DNA from: Macrostomum lignano
Lineage: Eukaryota
Assembly: GCA_002269645.1 (NCBI GenBank)
Contig: NIVC01000586.1
Location: 124,001-188,000, forward strand
Direction: 5' to 3'
Length of the DNA: 64,000 nt
The position numbers were made by a program, and so were the translations under genes. Below the pieces are notes generated by a model. The model saw nothing but the letters and a program-made list of their open reading frames with translations, did no database searches and was not told where the DNA came from. Each line of letters begins with the position of its first letter. The stretch's first letter is position 1. Shown here piece after piece: positions 46,845-59,300 of the stretch.

Positions 46845-46926
46845 GACGAGGTGGCCGAGTGGTTATGGCGATGGACTGCTAATCCATTGGGGTTTCCCCG
46901 CGTGGGTTCGAATCCCATCCTCGTCG
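46845..46926 (+). tRNA. tRNA-Ser-GCT: tRNA-Ser(GCT), 82 nt, intronless
   Basis: GACGAGG/CCTCGTC acceptor stem; A box TGGCCGAGTGG; anticodon arm ATGGA-CTGCTAA-TCCAT; long variable arm GGGG-TTT-CCCC; B box GGTTCGAATCC; TATA-like TATATA about 30 nt upstream. Confidence 0.97.
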
Positions 46927-46930
46927 ATGA

Positions 46931-46938
46931 TTTTTTTT
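46931..46938 (+). terminator. Pol III terminator (T8)
   Basis: T-run 4 nt after the tRNA 3' end. Confidence 0.85.
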
Positions 46939-48529
46939 CGCGTCAACTAAGGTTAAGCTATTTTGATTTTTGAGTCTCGACTATCAGATATTTTACTGAG
47001 CAGCATTATTATGCTCGTTGATGGGATTTTTAATCGTTGATCCAGCGTTAAGGCACAGTACAGACTGCACTGCTTATGAATGTCAATCTTAAGATGCTCT
47101 TCAGTTGATGAAGGCGAGAGCAGCAGTGAATGCACACAAATTAACAATTTTCTGCCTGCGAAATTTGAGTCAGGAAACACTTGTGCCGCCAACTGTTTTT
47201 GTGTTGAAAAAACTTTATAGCACTGAGAAGTATACTTCACAACATATCGGCAAAAGCAATCAAAATCCGGTTTACTCAAATTGAAGAAGTCAAAAAGTCG
47301 AAAGCCAAATAAGCTTATTTTTGGAGGCGAGCGATGAAACAGTAATATGGTTATTATATATTATTGTATTATAAAGGTTTCGCTAGCAGAGCCAGGACAC
47401 AATAGACAGAAGAGTTACTGAGGCAATTAAAACAACCGGGGTTGACAACACAGGGTTGGTTACGTTAAGTCATTTTTGCGACTACAAACTTGACAGAAAA
47501 CAAGCCAAGAGTAAGTGAATTCAGACTTGCAGAGCCCACTTTCCTTCTAATCCATTAAACTAATAAAATGGCTTAATGCTTTGCTGCTAAGTCAATCAGG
47601 ATAGCCGCTTGAAACAGAAAGGCGTAAATACGATACAAAACAGAGTTGAATGCCTCTTATGAACTGGGGAAATGTCCACAATGGCCTCAGGGCACACCGA
47701 TACGAGGAGGAATTCAAAACCATGGTCGTTTTGTTAGTTTTCTTAATTTAAATTTGATTTTCGTGAAATTTATATAAATTTTAGATAAACGTTCCAATCA
47801 GACTACTAGATTCAGTAGGCTATAATCAATAATACTCTCAACTTACTTAAATTGAAAAGGTTTAACTGCCCCAAAATGAAGCCTCACTACAGTGTGCCAT
47901 TGTGTAGTAGAGAGACAGAGTTAGGGCAACAAAACAAAGGCATTCCTAATTAAGGGAGGTGCAATCTACAGGTAACGCGGAAAAAAACAAAACAACAAAC
48001 AGATGCTTGAACATTAAACGCTGCACTCAGTAGCATAGATATAAATAAAAGCTACAGATGAAGGAGAGCTGGCCAGCTGAATAAAGCCACATCAATATGG
48101 AATTTCGGTAAAACAATTTCAAAATAAAATGGTATTTTCATTAACTGTTACCGAGTAATGAACCGAAATTACAGCTTGAAATAAATTATACTTTCGATAC
48201 ATATCGCTTTGAATGTCATCGCTGTTGCGCTGCTACGGGTAAAAATGAATTGCAGTACGCAAATTAAAGTACAGAGCAGATTGATCAAAAATAAAGAGGA
48301 GCGAATTTTGTCCGACAGACAGTTTCTCGTGAATTCACTGGAAAAGTGGCGGTGTTGCGAACCAGTAAATAAAACTGCTTGACACAACAGTGAGCTGAAA
48401 TTGAGGGACTTGCAGAGGGACTTATAGATAACCAGCAGAAGATATAATATAGGGATGAATAAATATGAGCTTATAAACTAATAGAATAAGTGAAAACTAC
48501 AGAAAAGAAAACGAAGGGATTAAGAGATA

Positions 48530-49010
48530 GGAGCACAAATTAACTGGTATCTCCATAGCAACAGGGGATTTCCCTAGCAACAGGATTCTCCCTAACCACT
48601 AGGTAGAACCCCCTAAGAAACGGAGTTATCCTAGAGACAATAATATCCCTAGCAACAGTAATCCCCCTAGCAACGGAAAACAAGCAACTGGAATCTCCAC
48701 AGCAACTGGGGATTTCCCTAGCTACAGGATTTTCTCTAGCCGCTAGGAAATTCCTAGAGACAAAAACAAAAAATCTAAACATTAATCGCCCTAGCAACTG
48801 GAATCTCCATAGCAACCGTGAATTTCCCTAGCAACAGGATTCTTCCTAGCCACTAGGACCACTCTAGAAACAGAGTCTGCATTCTAGATACAAGAATACC
48901 CTTAGCAACTGGGATCTCCCTGGCAACGGGAGTTCCTCATTAAGATGAAACACCTTAGCAACAGAAGTTGCATAAGAAAACGGGAAATTGAAAAAACCAA
49001 CAGTTGCAAT
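48530..49010. repeat. Diverged CCCTAGCAAC-based repeat downstream of hnRNP L
   Basis: Recurrent CCCTAGCAAC(A/T)GG motif with variable spacing. Confidence 0.75.
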
Positions 49011-49112
49011 TTTTTTTAAGCCCCGAGAAGGGCTCAACTGATACAAAGAAATCCAATATTCAAAGCCAAGTAATTATTGCAAAGTTGCAGAGCGAGTCCA
49101 CACTGCAGCAGC

Positions 49113-49668
49113 TCACTTGGCGTTGGAAGGCCTGCTGCCGCTGCCGTCCTTCTTGTTAACAGCATAGGTCAGCTTGAGCCGGGCCGACTCGCCCACTATG
49201 GAGTGGTTGGCCAGGCAGATTGCGTCTGTAGCGTCCTGCGGCGTCTCGAAGGTGATCCAGCCCGTGGTGCACTTCTCGGTCTGCATGGCAACCTCCACCG
49301 GGGCCGGGGCGCCGGCCTCCTTCAGCGCGTCGCGCACCGTCTCCTCGTCCGAGCCGTCCGGGCAGCCCCAGAAGTACAGGACCGGGCCGATTTTGCCCAG
49401 CGAGGCCTGGTTCTTGGCGGCCGACTCTGGCGTCATGAAGCGGTTGAACTTCAGCGAGTCGTACGACTTCTCGGCCAGGGTGCCGTCCGGCAGGGTGAAG
49501 TCCTTCGTGTTGCGCTTCACGTTGTCCTGCGGGCGGGGAGGGTTGGCAGGGGCTGCTTTTGCAGGATTGCAAAATATGAGGTGGCCAGACAGGCAGACAG
49601 ACAAGCAGACAGACAGACAGGCAGACACAGACAGACAGACAGACAGACAGACATAGTCAGACATATAC

Positions 49669-49703
<35 letters not shown>

Positions 49704-49740
49704 GGCAGACAGACAGACAGGCAGACACAGACAGACAGAC

Positions 49741-49771
<31 letters not shown>

Positions 49772-49872
49772 GGAAGACACAGACAGACAGGCAGACAGAC
49801 ACAGACACAGACAGACAGACAGACACAGACAGACAGGCAGACAGGAAGACACAGACAGACAGGCAGACAGAC

Positions 49873-49915
<43 letters not shown>

Positions 49916-51357
49916 CAGACAGGCAGACAGACAGACAGACAGACAGGCAGACAGACAGACAGGCAGACACAGACACACAGAGCCCGAGGCCGCACCTGGT
50001 CGGACAGGGACACCCGCACGATGCTGCCAAGCACCCGCTGCCCGTTGAGGTGCTGCAGCGCCTGCTGGGCGGAGCCGGAGTCGCACATCTCAACCAGGGC
50101 GAAGCCCTCCTTGGTGGTGAGGAATTTGACGCGGCTGACGTTGCCGTAGAGCACCAGCACGTTGAACAGGCGGTCGCAGTTCATCTGGGAGCTGAGGCCG
50201 CGCACCACAATGATGTTCTGGCCGGCCTGCGGGTGCCCGTAGGGGGCGGCGAAGCCGCCAGCTGCCGCTGGGTTGGCGGCAGCGGCAGCGGCGGCGACCC
50301 GGGACACGAGGCTCATGGCGCTCTGGGCCAGCAGCTCCTGGTTGGCGGCGCCACCAGCGGCGCCAACTCCGGCGCCGCCCAGCTGGCCGGGCCGGCCCAC
50401 GACGCCGCCAATGGCGTGGCCGGGGCCGGCGCCCACGAGGCCCTGCAGGCGGGTGCCCAGCAGGCCGACCTCGTCGTTCGGGTTACCCAGCAGGCCACCG
50501 CCGCCGCCGCCTCCGGGGACCACCCGGGCGCGCTTGTTCATCCCGGCGCCGGCGCCGGAGGCCGCGCCGACCATGGACATCGAGGTCATGGAGTCGGCGT
50601 CTATGTCGTACCGGTACTCCTCCAGCACCGTCTCCCTGCCGAGAGGCGAGTCGGTGATTGACTTTGAACATAGCCCGCTTCAGACAATCCCTGCCTGTCT
50701 GTATTTTGATCTGTTTGTCTGTCTTGCTGTCTGTCTGTCTGTCTACCTACCTATCTGTCCGCCTTACCTACCTGTCTGTCTGTCTACCTATCTGTCTGTC
50801 TGTCTATCTATCTACATACCTGTCTGTCTGTCTGTCTGTCTGCCTTACCTACCTGTCTGTCTGTCTGTCTGCCTTACCTACCTGTCTGTCTGTCTGTCTG
50901 CCTTACCTACCTGTCTGTCTGTCTACCTGTCTGTCTGTCTATCTACATACCTGTCTGTCTGCCTGTCTGTCTATCTGTCTGCCTTACCTACCTGTCTGTC
51001 TGTCTATCTAAATACATACCTGTCTGTCTGTCTGTCTGTCTGCCTTACCTACCTGTCTGTCTGTCTACCTATCTGTCTGTCTGTCTATCTATCTACATAC
51101 CTGTCTGTCTGTCTGTCTGTCTGCCTTACCTACCTGTCTGTCTGTCTGTCTGCCTTACCTACCTGTCTGTCTGTCTACCTGTCTGTCTGTCTATCTACAT
51201 ACCTGTCTGTCTGCCTGTCTGTCTATCTGTCTGCCTTACCTACCTGTCTGTCTGTCTATCTAAATACATACCTGTCTGTCTGTCTGTCTGTCTGTCTGCC
51301 TTACCTACCTGTCTGTCTGTCTACCTATCTGTCTGTCTGTCTATCTATCTACATACC

Positions 51358-51404
<47 letters not shown>

Positions 51405-53627
51405 TAGAGCCGTGTCAGTGCCACTACAAGAAATCCCCACTCTCATTTTACACCAAGACAAAGCTTCAGTAACTTCCAAGCCCAGCCAGTTCTCTCTCAC
51501 CTGGACATAAAGTACTCGAAAGCGTTGGCCCTGGCGTAGTCGCAGCGGATGGCATTGCAGTTGGTGTACATGTTGGCCCCGTTCAGGAACGGCTTGGCGA
51601 GGGCGGCGTCTTCGAGGCGTTCGAATTCAACGATGGCCCGAGTCAGACCGTCCTGAGGATGGGTGGCAGCGAGGATGGGATGGCAAGGGCTGGAAGCTGC
51701 GTGCGACTTCTGGTCATTGCAGTCATGATAGACTTCTCAGAATATTCTGCTCGCACGCTGAGCTTTAAGCGACAGGTAAGCTACTCTTGTAAGCTACTGG
51801 TTGCTTCACCACAAAAGTAGCTTATGCGCATTTTATTTTGGCAGCATATTGGATGAGTCCAAGGGCATTCTAAACGAAATCCAGTCTCATTATCCAAGCC
51901 TCTCACCTGCTGTTTAATGATGACGCAGCGCTCAATGATGGCGTAGGGGCTGCAGATCTGGCGCACATCGGTGCAGTTGAACTCCATCTTCATGTTGTAG
52001 ATGGTGAGCAGCAGGCAGTTCTGGGGGCCGATGCTGAGGTAGGGCTCCTGGCTCAGGTCGATGCGGGACCGGTTTGAGAAGCTGATGATGACGTTGGAGC
52101 CCTTGATGTTGACGCCTGGGCCCGAGTGATGGTAGGCGATGAGGCGCTCCGCATCGGCGAGGCGAAGGTACTCGACTAGGGCCTGGTGCTTGGCCGGCAT
52201 GGGGAAGATCAACTGGACCTTGCCGAAGTCCTGCGGGCGTTGGGGGGGACTCTCGAAGTGCATTGGGGGCGACTCTTGAAGTGCATTGGGGGGGGACTCT
52301 CGGGGTGCATTGGGGGGACTCTCGGGGTGCATTGGGGGGGGGACTCTCGGGGTGCATTGGGGGGGACTCTCGGGGTGCATTGGGGGGGACTCTCGGGGTG
52401 CATTGGGGGGACTCTCGGGGTGCATTGGGGGGGACTCTCGAAGTGCATTGGGGGGACTCTCGAAGTGCATTGGGGGCGACTCTTGAAGTGCATTGGGGGG
52501 GGACTCTCGGGGTGCATTGGGGGGACTCTCGGGGTGCATTGGGGGGGACTCTCGGGGTGCATTGGGGGGACTCTCGGGGTGCATTGGGGGGGACTCTCGG
52601 GGTGCATTGGGGGGGACTCTCGGGGTGCATTGGGGGGGACTCTCGAAGTGCATTGGGGGGACTCTCGAAGTGCATTGGGGGCGACTCTTGAAGTGCATTG
52701 GGGGGACTCTCGGGGTGCATTGGAGGGACTCTCGAAGTGCATTGGGGGCGACTCTTGAAGTGCATTGGGAGGGACTCTCGGGGTGCATTGGGGGGGGGGA
52801 CTCTCGGGGTGCATTGGGGGGGGACTCTCGAAGTGCATTGGGGGCGACTCTTGAAGTGCATTGGGGGGGGACTCTCGGGGTGCATTGGGGGACTCTCGAA
52901 GTGCATTGGGGGCGACTCTTGAAGTGCATTGGGAGGGACTCTCGGGGTGCATTGGGGGGGGCTCTCGGGGTGCATTGGGGGGACTCTCGAAGTGCATTGG
53001 GGGGACTCTCGAAGTGCATTGGGGGCGACACTTGAAGTGCATTGGGGGGACTCTCGGGGTGCATTGGGGGGACTCTCGAAGTGCATTGGGGGCGACTCTT
53101 GAAGTGCATTGGGAGGGACTCTCGGGGTGCATTGGGGGCGACTCTTGAAGTGCATTGGGGGGGACTCTCGGGGTGCATTGGGGGGACTCTCGAAGTGCAT
53201 TGGGGGCGACTCTTGAAGTGCATTGGGGCCGACTCTCGGGGTGCATTGGGGGCGATTCTCATGGTGCATTGGGGCGACTCTCAGGGTGCATTGGGGGCGA
53301 TTCTCAGGCCTCATTGGGGGGCGACTCTCGGGGTGCATTGCATCGGCATCGGCACGGACAGCGAGAATGCACCTGAAAGATGCGCCGGATCTCCAGTTCG
53401 CACGTGTTGCCGGGAATCTCGCCAACAAAGACCACGCAGCTGGGCGGGTTCTGCTGGCCGGAGCTGTGCTGCCCGTTGAACTTTCGCTTCCGCTCAACGG
53501 CGGCGCCGCCAGGGGCAACCTGGGCTGGGGCGAACTGGTGCATTTGCTGGAGCTGCATCTGCTGCATGGGATGCTGCTGCACCTGGTGCTGCATCTGGTG
53601 CATGGGGTGCATGTGGTGCTGCTGCAT
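49113..53627 (-). CDS. HNRNPL: hnRNP L-like 4-RRM protein, 594 aa; exons 53627-53373, 52230-51907, 51652-51501, 50635-49996, 49526-49113
   Basis: Five exons join in frame. RRM3 [22 protein letters not shown] matches hnRNP L (MNCDRVFNVFCLYGNVEKVKFM); [12 protein letters not shown] matches NRFSTPEQAAKN; RRM1 [11 protein letters not shown]; RRM2 [11 protein letters not shown]-terminal Q/H/M-rich tract. Confidence 0.92.
49585..49980. repeat. (GACA)n-type microsatellite, hnRNP L intron 4 (sense strand UCUG/UGUC-rich)
   Basis: Direct reading. Confidence 0.97.
50692..51405. repeat. (TGTC)n / (TACC)n compound microsatellite, hnRNP L intron 3 (sense strand GACA / GGUA-rich)
   Basis: Direct reading; internal 252-bp duplication (CTAAATACATACC near 51007 and 51259). 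Confidence 0.97.
52245..53335. repeat. ~22-24-bp minisatellite GGGGGACTCTCG(GGG/AAG)TGCATTG filling hnRNP L intron 1
   Basis: Direct reading; variable G-run lengths. Confidence 0.96.
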
Positions 53628-53850
53628 CTTCTTTAGCTGGTCGGAGCGAAACGGTTCGAGAAAGCTTTTAAAAGATTAGACTGGGAAGCTGGGTGAATAG
53701 CGATTGAGAACTGGCTCTAGTGTTGCAGATTCTGCTTTGCTGGGCTCTTTTAGAAGAGAATAAAAGTTGAGCTGAAAGAGCGAAATTGCGGTTAGAGTTG
53801 AGAACAGAGATGGGAGATTATGGGAACTGCTGAATGGGAGCGCAAAAACT

Positions 53851-54350
53851 AAAGACTAGAGGGGATGAAGAACTGATCAGAAGGGGAACACAAAGACTAG
53901 AGGGGATGGGGAACTGATCAGAAGGGGAACACAAAGACTAGAGGGGATGGGGAACTGATCAGAAGGGGAACACAAAGACTAGAGGGGATGGGGAACTGAT
54001 CAGAAGGGGAACACAAAGACTAGAGGGGATGGGGAACTGATCAGAAGGGGAACACAAAGACTAGAGGGGATGGGGAACTGATCAGAAGGGGAACACAAAG
54101 ACTAGAGGGGATGGGGAACTGATCAGAAGGGGAACACAAAGACTAGAGGGGATGGGGAACTGATCAGAAGGGGAACACAAAGACTAGAGGGGATGGGGAA
54201 CTGATCAGAAGGGGAACACAAAGACTAGAAGGGATGGGGAACTGATCAGAAGGGGAACACAAAGACTAGAAGGGATGGGGAACTGATCAGAAGGGGAAAA
54301 CAAAGACTAGAAGGGATGGGGAACTGATCAGAAGGGGAACACAAAGACTA
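53851..54350. repeat. 41-bp near-perfect purine-rich tandem repeat, about 12 copies, upstream of the hnRNP L ATG
   Basis: AAAGACTAGAGGGGATGGGGAACTGATCAGAAGGGGAACAC units. Confidence 0.96.
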
Positions 54351-55124
54351 AGTTAAAGCATTTAAAATCGGTACAATCGTAAAGCTCCATAAATAATAAA
54401 GTAGCAGCAATAAATGCTCCAATTTAGTTACATCCACAGCTACCTGAGGCTCAATAAACTTCTAGTTTTCCAAAAACAGCACTAGCCAGTCTAAAGTACA
54501 CGCGCTAGGAATATCTGTTGCATTTGCAACTTGGTCAATGGAATAAAAATCCCCAGCATTTCTGGCCAAGAACAAAGAACAAAGACTGCTTCGAAGCAGA
54601 GTCTTGAAGAATTCGGCTCTCGAACACAACCGGATGCTTTAAGTTTCACGAAAGCAAAAAGACTCAAGCAAGAGCAAAATGTGTCAAAGAGATTAAACCA
54701 TAGCTCGCAAGAAACCGCAAAGAAATCGGATTAGTTAACAAACACGCACGGGGAGACAGCGGGCTGGACAAGAGAGAAAGACAAAGAAAGAATGCATAAA
54801 CAGATTTTTGCATTAAAAAATGATTGGCCCGCTTGTTAAAGCAGACAAAAGACAAAAATGGAGTCCGCGGTTAACTGCGCGATCGGCCCCGCTTTTGCAG
54901 CAATGCGCCGCTTCCAAGCACAGATCGGAGCAGAAGAGAGAGTCTGGAAGGCCTCATACCTGAGGAGCCCTGAGCTGGTCCTCATGCCGGACAGAGGGAA
55001 TTCAGAATTGGCAAGGAGACCGAGCGAATTGGGAGCTGCGGAATTTGACTGGCGGCATAAATTGGCGGTGGCAGCGTCTGCGTGAACGGCTGGCTCAATC
55101 GGTTAGGCTGGTATGTCACACCCT

Positions 55125-55562
55125 AGCCCCAAAGCCTCATCTCATACCTGACACCCCATACCTCATAGCTGACACCCCATACCTCATACCTGACACCCCA
55201 TACCTCATACTTGACACCCCATGCCTCATAACTGACACCCCATACCTCATAACTGACACCCCATACCTCATAACTGACACCCCATACCTCATACCTGACA
55301 CCCCATACCTCATACTTGACACCCCATGCCTCATAACTGACACCCAATACCTCATAACTGACACCCCATACCTCATAACTGACACCCCATACCTCATATC
55401 TAAAACCCCATACCTCATACCTAAAACCCCATACCTCATACCTAAAACCCCATACCTCATACCTAAAACCCCATACCTCATACCTAAAACCCCATACCTC
55501 ATACCTAAAACCCCATACTTCATACCTAAAACCCATACCTCATACCTAAAACCCCATACCTA
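55125..55562. repeat. 21-bp minisatellite CCCCATACCTCATA(ACTGACA/CCTAAAA)
   Basis: Direct reading; the unit variant switches near 55400. Confidence 0.95.
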
Positions 55563-55889
55563 AACGACACCCTAACCCTGCCCTAAACTGATGAATACAC
55601 AAAGCTATAAACCCGGAACCCAAAAAATAAAAATAAACAAGCAGAATATCCAAACATGGGAAAGGCCAGCAACAGGACACTTATATTTTTGGCCAGTCAA
55701 TTTGACATTCTGGTGACAACACACTATAATAATCAGCAATTATCATGTTTATGATCGCCAACAAGATGCGACAATCCAGCTATCAAAATAGCGGGGAGAA
55801 ATGCTGCGTCACTAACAAGAAGGATTAAGACAATCTTGGGATCTTGAGGATTGCAAATTTTGGGACTCGTCAATGGAAACTTCGGAATC

Positions 55890-56350
55890 TGGGACTGGGA
55901 AGTTTGGGATTAAAAGATCTGGGACTGGGAAGTTTGGGATTAAAAGATCTGGGACTGGGAAGTTTGGGATTAAAAGATCTGGGACTGGGAAGTTTGTGAT
56001 TAAGGGATCCGGGACTGGGAAGTTTGGGATTAAGGGATCTGGGACTGGGAAGTTTGGGATTAAAAGATCTGGGACTGGGAAGTTTGTGATTAAGGGATCC
56101 GGGACTGGGAAGTTTGGGATTAAGGGATCTGGGACTGGGAAGTTTGGGATTAAAAGATCTGGGACTGGGAAGTTCAGGATTAAGGATCCGGGACTGGGAA
56201 GTTCGGGATTATGGGATCCAGGACTGGGAAGTTCAGGATTAAGGATCCGGGACTGGGAAGTTCGGGATTAAGGGAGCCGGGGCTGGGAAGTTCGGGATTA
56301 AGGGAGCCGGGGCTGGGACTTTCGGCATTATGGGATCCGGGACTCGGGAG
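55890..56350. repeat. 30-bp minisatellite GGGACTGGGAAGTTTGGGATTAAAAGATCT just 3' of the HEATR1 stop
   Basis: Direct reading. Confidence 0.94.
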
Positions 56351-56388
56351 CACAAAAACAAGACCAGTTCTGAGACAGACAGAATTCT

Positions 56389-59300
56389 TTACAGCTCGAG
56401 CGGCTCGCCGGCCCGCTGCTCGATGTCGGCCAGCAGCCGCTGGGCCAGCCGCTCCACCTCTTCGCTGTCGTCCTCGGCGAGCTCGGCAAGGGCGGGCACG
56501 CAGTCGGCGGCCAGACTGTCGATGAAGACGTCGCCAAGGCAGTCCAGCAGGCGCTGAATCGCGCGCAGCGAAGCCAGCCGGACGGAGCCATCGGGGTGCC
56601 GGCAGCCGCGGTCGCACAGGCGGCGCACCAGGGGCTTCAGCAGGGCCTCGTCCTCCGAGGAGCCCTGAGCGTAGGCGGCCAGGCAGTCCAGCAGGCGCTC
56701 GGCCGGGTCGGCGGCGGCGGCCAGACGGTCGACCAGCAGCGAGCCGATGCTGTCCAGCAGGTCCAGGCCGAGGCCCGAGGAGCCGCCGGCCGCTTTGAAC
56801 AGGGCGGCCAGGCAGGCCAGCAGCCAGCGGGACAGCTGCCGGCTCGGCCGAGGCTGCTGCGAATCGGCGCCGGGGAGCTCCAGCAGGGCGGCCGCGTGCT
56901 GCGGCGCGTCCAACTCGCACAGCAGGCCGGCCAACCCCGACACGCGGCCGCTCTGGGAGGCGAGGGCGACAGCCATCAGCCGGTGGAAGGCGGCCTCCCG
57001 GCTGGCGCTGCCTGCGGCCCAGTCCTGTCGGACAGGGCGGGAGTTCGAATTCGGTGTGTGGCTTCGAAATTGGAGTATGGGATCATAGGGATAGAAATAG
57101 TGGGATTTGGACTGGGATTCTTAGGATTTGGACTGGTATTATTGGGATAGGGACTGGGACTATTGAGATTGGGATTGGGACTATTGGGATCGGAATTGGG
57201 ACTATTAGGATCCGAATCGGGACTATTTGGATGGGGACTGGGACTATTGGGATCGGAATTGGGACTATAGGGATCGGAATTGGGCCTATTAAGATCGGGA
57301 CTGAGACTATTGGGATCCGAATTGCGACTATTGGGATCTGAATTGGGACTATTGGGATCAGAATTGGGCCTATTAAGATCGGGACTGAGACTATTGGGAT
57401 CCGAATTGCGACTATTGGGATCTGAATTGGGACTGTTGGGATCAGAATTGGGCCTATTCGGATCGGGATTAGAATGAAGACTCACCTGCAGACTCTGCAG
57501 CAGCATGGCCCTGGTGGCAGGTGGCAGCGGAGCCAGACAGGCCGCCAGCTGAGCGACCAGACGCCCCTTGGCCCGATCCTCTGCGCCGCCCTCTCCCTCT
57601 TCCTCAGACTCCGTCCCGCTGCTCTCGCTGCCATCATCATCGGTGCCGGAGTCTCCATCCGCGTCTTCTTCCCCGCTGCCGAAGACGCAGCCCAGCAGGC
57701 TGGAGAACAGATCGGACAGCTCGGCCTCGAAGTCAGCAAGCGAGCCGGCCGCGTCAGCACTGTCCGAATCGTCCTCCTCCAGCCGGTTGGCCGCCTCGGA
57801 GGCGACCGTCATCTCCAGGTTGAGCCGCAGCAGCCTGGCCCAGTGCTCGGCGCGAAGCCAGGGCTGCTGCTGCTGGTGCGGCTTGAGGCAGTCCTGCAGT
57901 GCAGGTAGCAGCTGGGCGGGATGGACGCCTCGGGCCACCGAGCTCAGCACTGAGCGCAGCTTCGGCCGCAGCTGCGAGTCGGCAGCTGCGAGATGAGTGA
58001 TTGAGTAATGAATTAGACATGATGGCGGATGATACAGGAAGACATGATGGCGGATGAGACTGGAAGACATGATGGCGGATGAGACTGGAAGACATGATGG
58101 TGCATGAGACTGAAAGACATGATGGTGGATGAGGCTGGAAGACATCATGGTACATGAGACTGGAAGACATCATGGTACATGAGACTGGAAGACATCATGG
58201 TACATGAGACTGGAAGACATCATGGTACATGAGACTGGAAGACATCATGGTACATGAGACTGTAAGACATCATGGCGGACGAGACTGGAAGACATCATGG
58301 TACATGAGACTGGAAGACATCATGGTACATGAGACTGGAAGACATGATGGTACACGAGACTGGAAGACATGATGGTACACGAGACTGGAAGACATGATGG
58401 CGGATGAGCCTGGAAGACATGGTGGTACACGAGACTGGAAGACATGATGGTACACGAGACTGGAAGACATGATGGTACATGAGACTGGAAGACATGATGG
58501 TACGTGAGACTGGAAGACATGATGGCGGATGAGCCTGGAAGACATGATGGCGGATGAGCCTGGAAGACATGATGGCGGATGAGCCTGGAAGACATGATGG
58601 TACACGAGAAGACATGATGGAAAAAAGCAACTCACAGAGCATGAGCTCCACAGTAACGGGCAGCAGCTGTGCCAGGTACGGCACCATCAGGTCCACCATA
58701 GTGACGGTGCATTGCTGCAGAAAGGCGAAGGACGCTAGCAGCACCACGCCGGGCGGTCGCTGATCAGCCACGGTCGGTCGCAGTCGCGGCAGAAGCTTCG
58801 GCACGAGCCTGGCAACCAGCGGCAAAGCCTCGATGCCGAGCTGCTTGACTGACTCGGCGAACACCAGCAGTGCACAGCCGAATGATTCCCAGCTGCTGCT
58901 GCTGCTGCTGCTGCCGGAGTTCGAATCCGCGGTAGATGTCGGCAGCAGTGGTGGCGGCAGGCAGGAACTGGAGGCGGCGATGCCCAAACAGAAGTTCAGC
59001 ACCAGCTTCGGCTCGGAGGCGCCCAGCAGGCGGACCAGCTCGCGACCGCAGATGAGGGCCACCTGAGTAATGTAATTTGACCATCGAGTTGAGTACTTTG
59101 GCTAGGCTGAGGGGCGATTCTTGGGTTTGACTGAAGGGCGATTTTTTGGGCTTGACTGAGGGGCGATTCTTGGGCTTGGCTGAGGGGCGATTCTTGGGCT
59201 TGGCTGAGGGGCGATTCTTGGGCTTGGCTGAGGGGCGATTCTTGGGCTTGGCTGAGGGGCGATTTTTTGGGCTTGGCTGAGGGGCGATTCTTGGGCTTGG

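Noticed and set aside
46865-46867. tRNA-Ser D-arm variant (GGTTATGGC versus the usual GGTTAAGGC)
   Set aside because: It converts G13-A22 to a G-U pair, which is structurally tolerated and not evidence of a pseudogene.
46953-47279. 108-aa minus-strand ORF with a faint resemblance to a hAT dimerisation motif
   Set aside because: Similarity is too weak and there are no other transposase motifs or TIRs.
49077-53518. CLSV-, RQTD- and PPMH-repeat ORFs fused to hnRNP L exons
   Set aside because: Read-through of intronic repeats; splicing gives a clean 594-aa protein, and introns 1 and 4 are not multiples of three.
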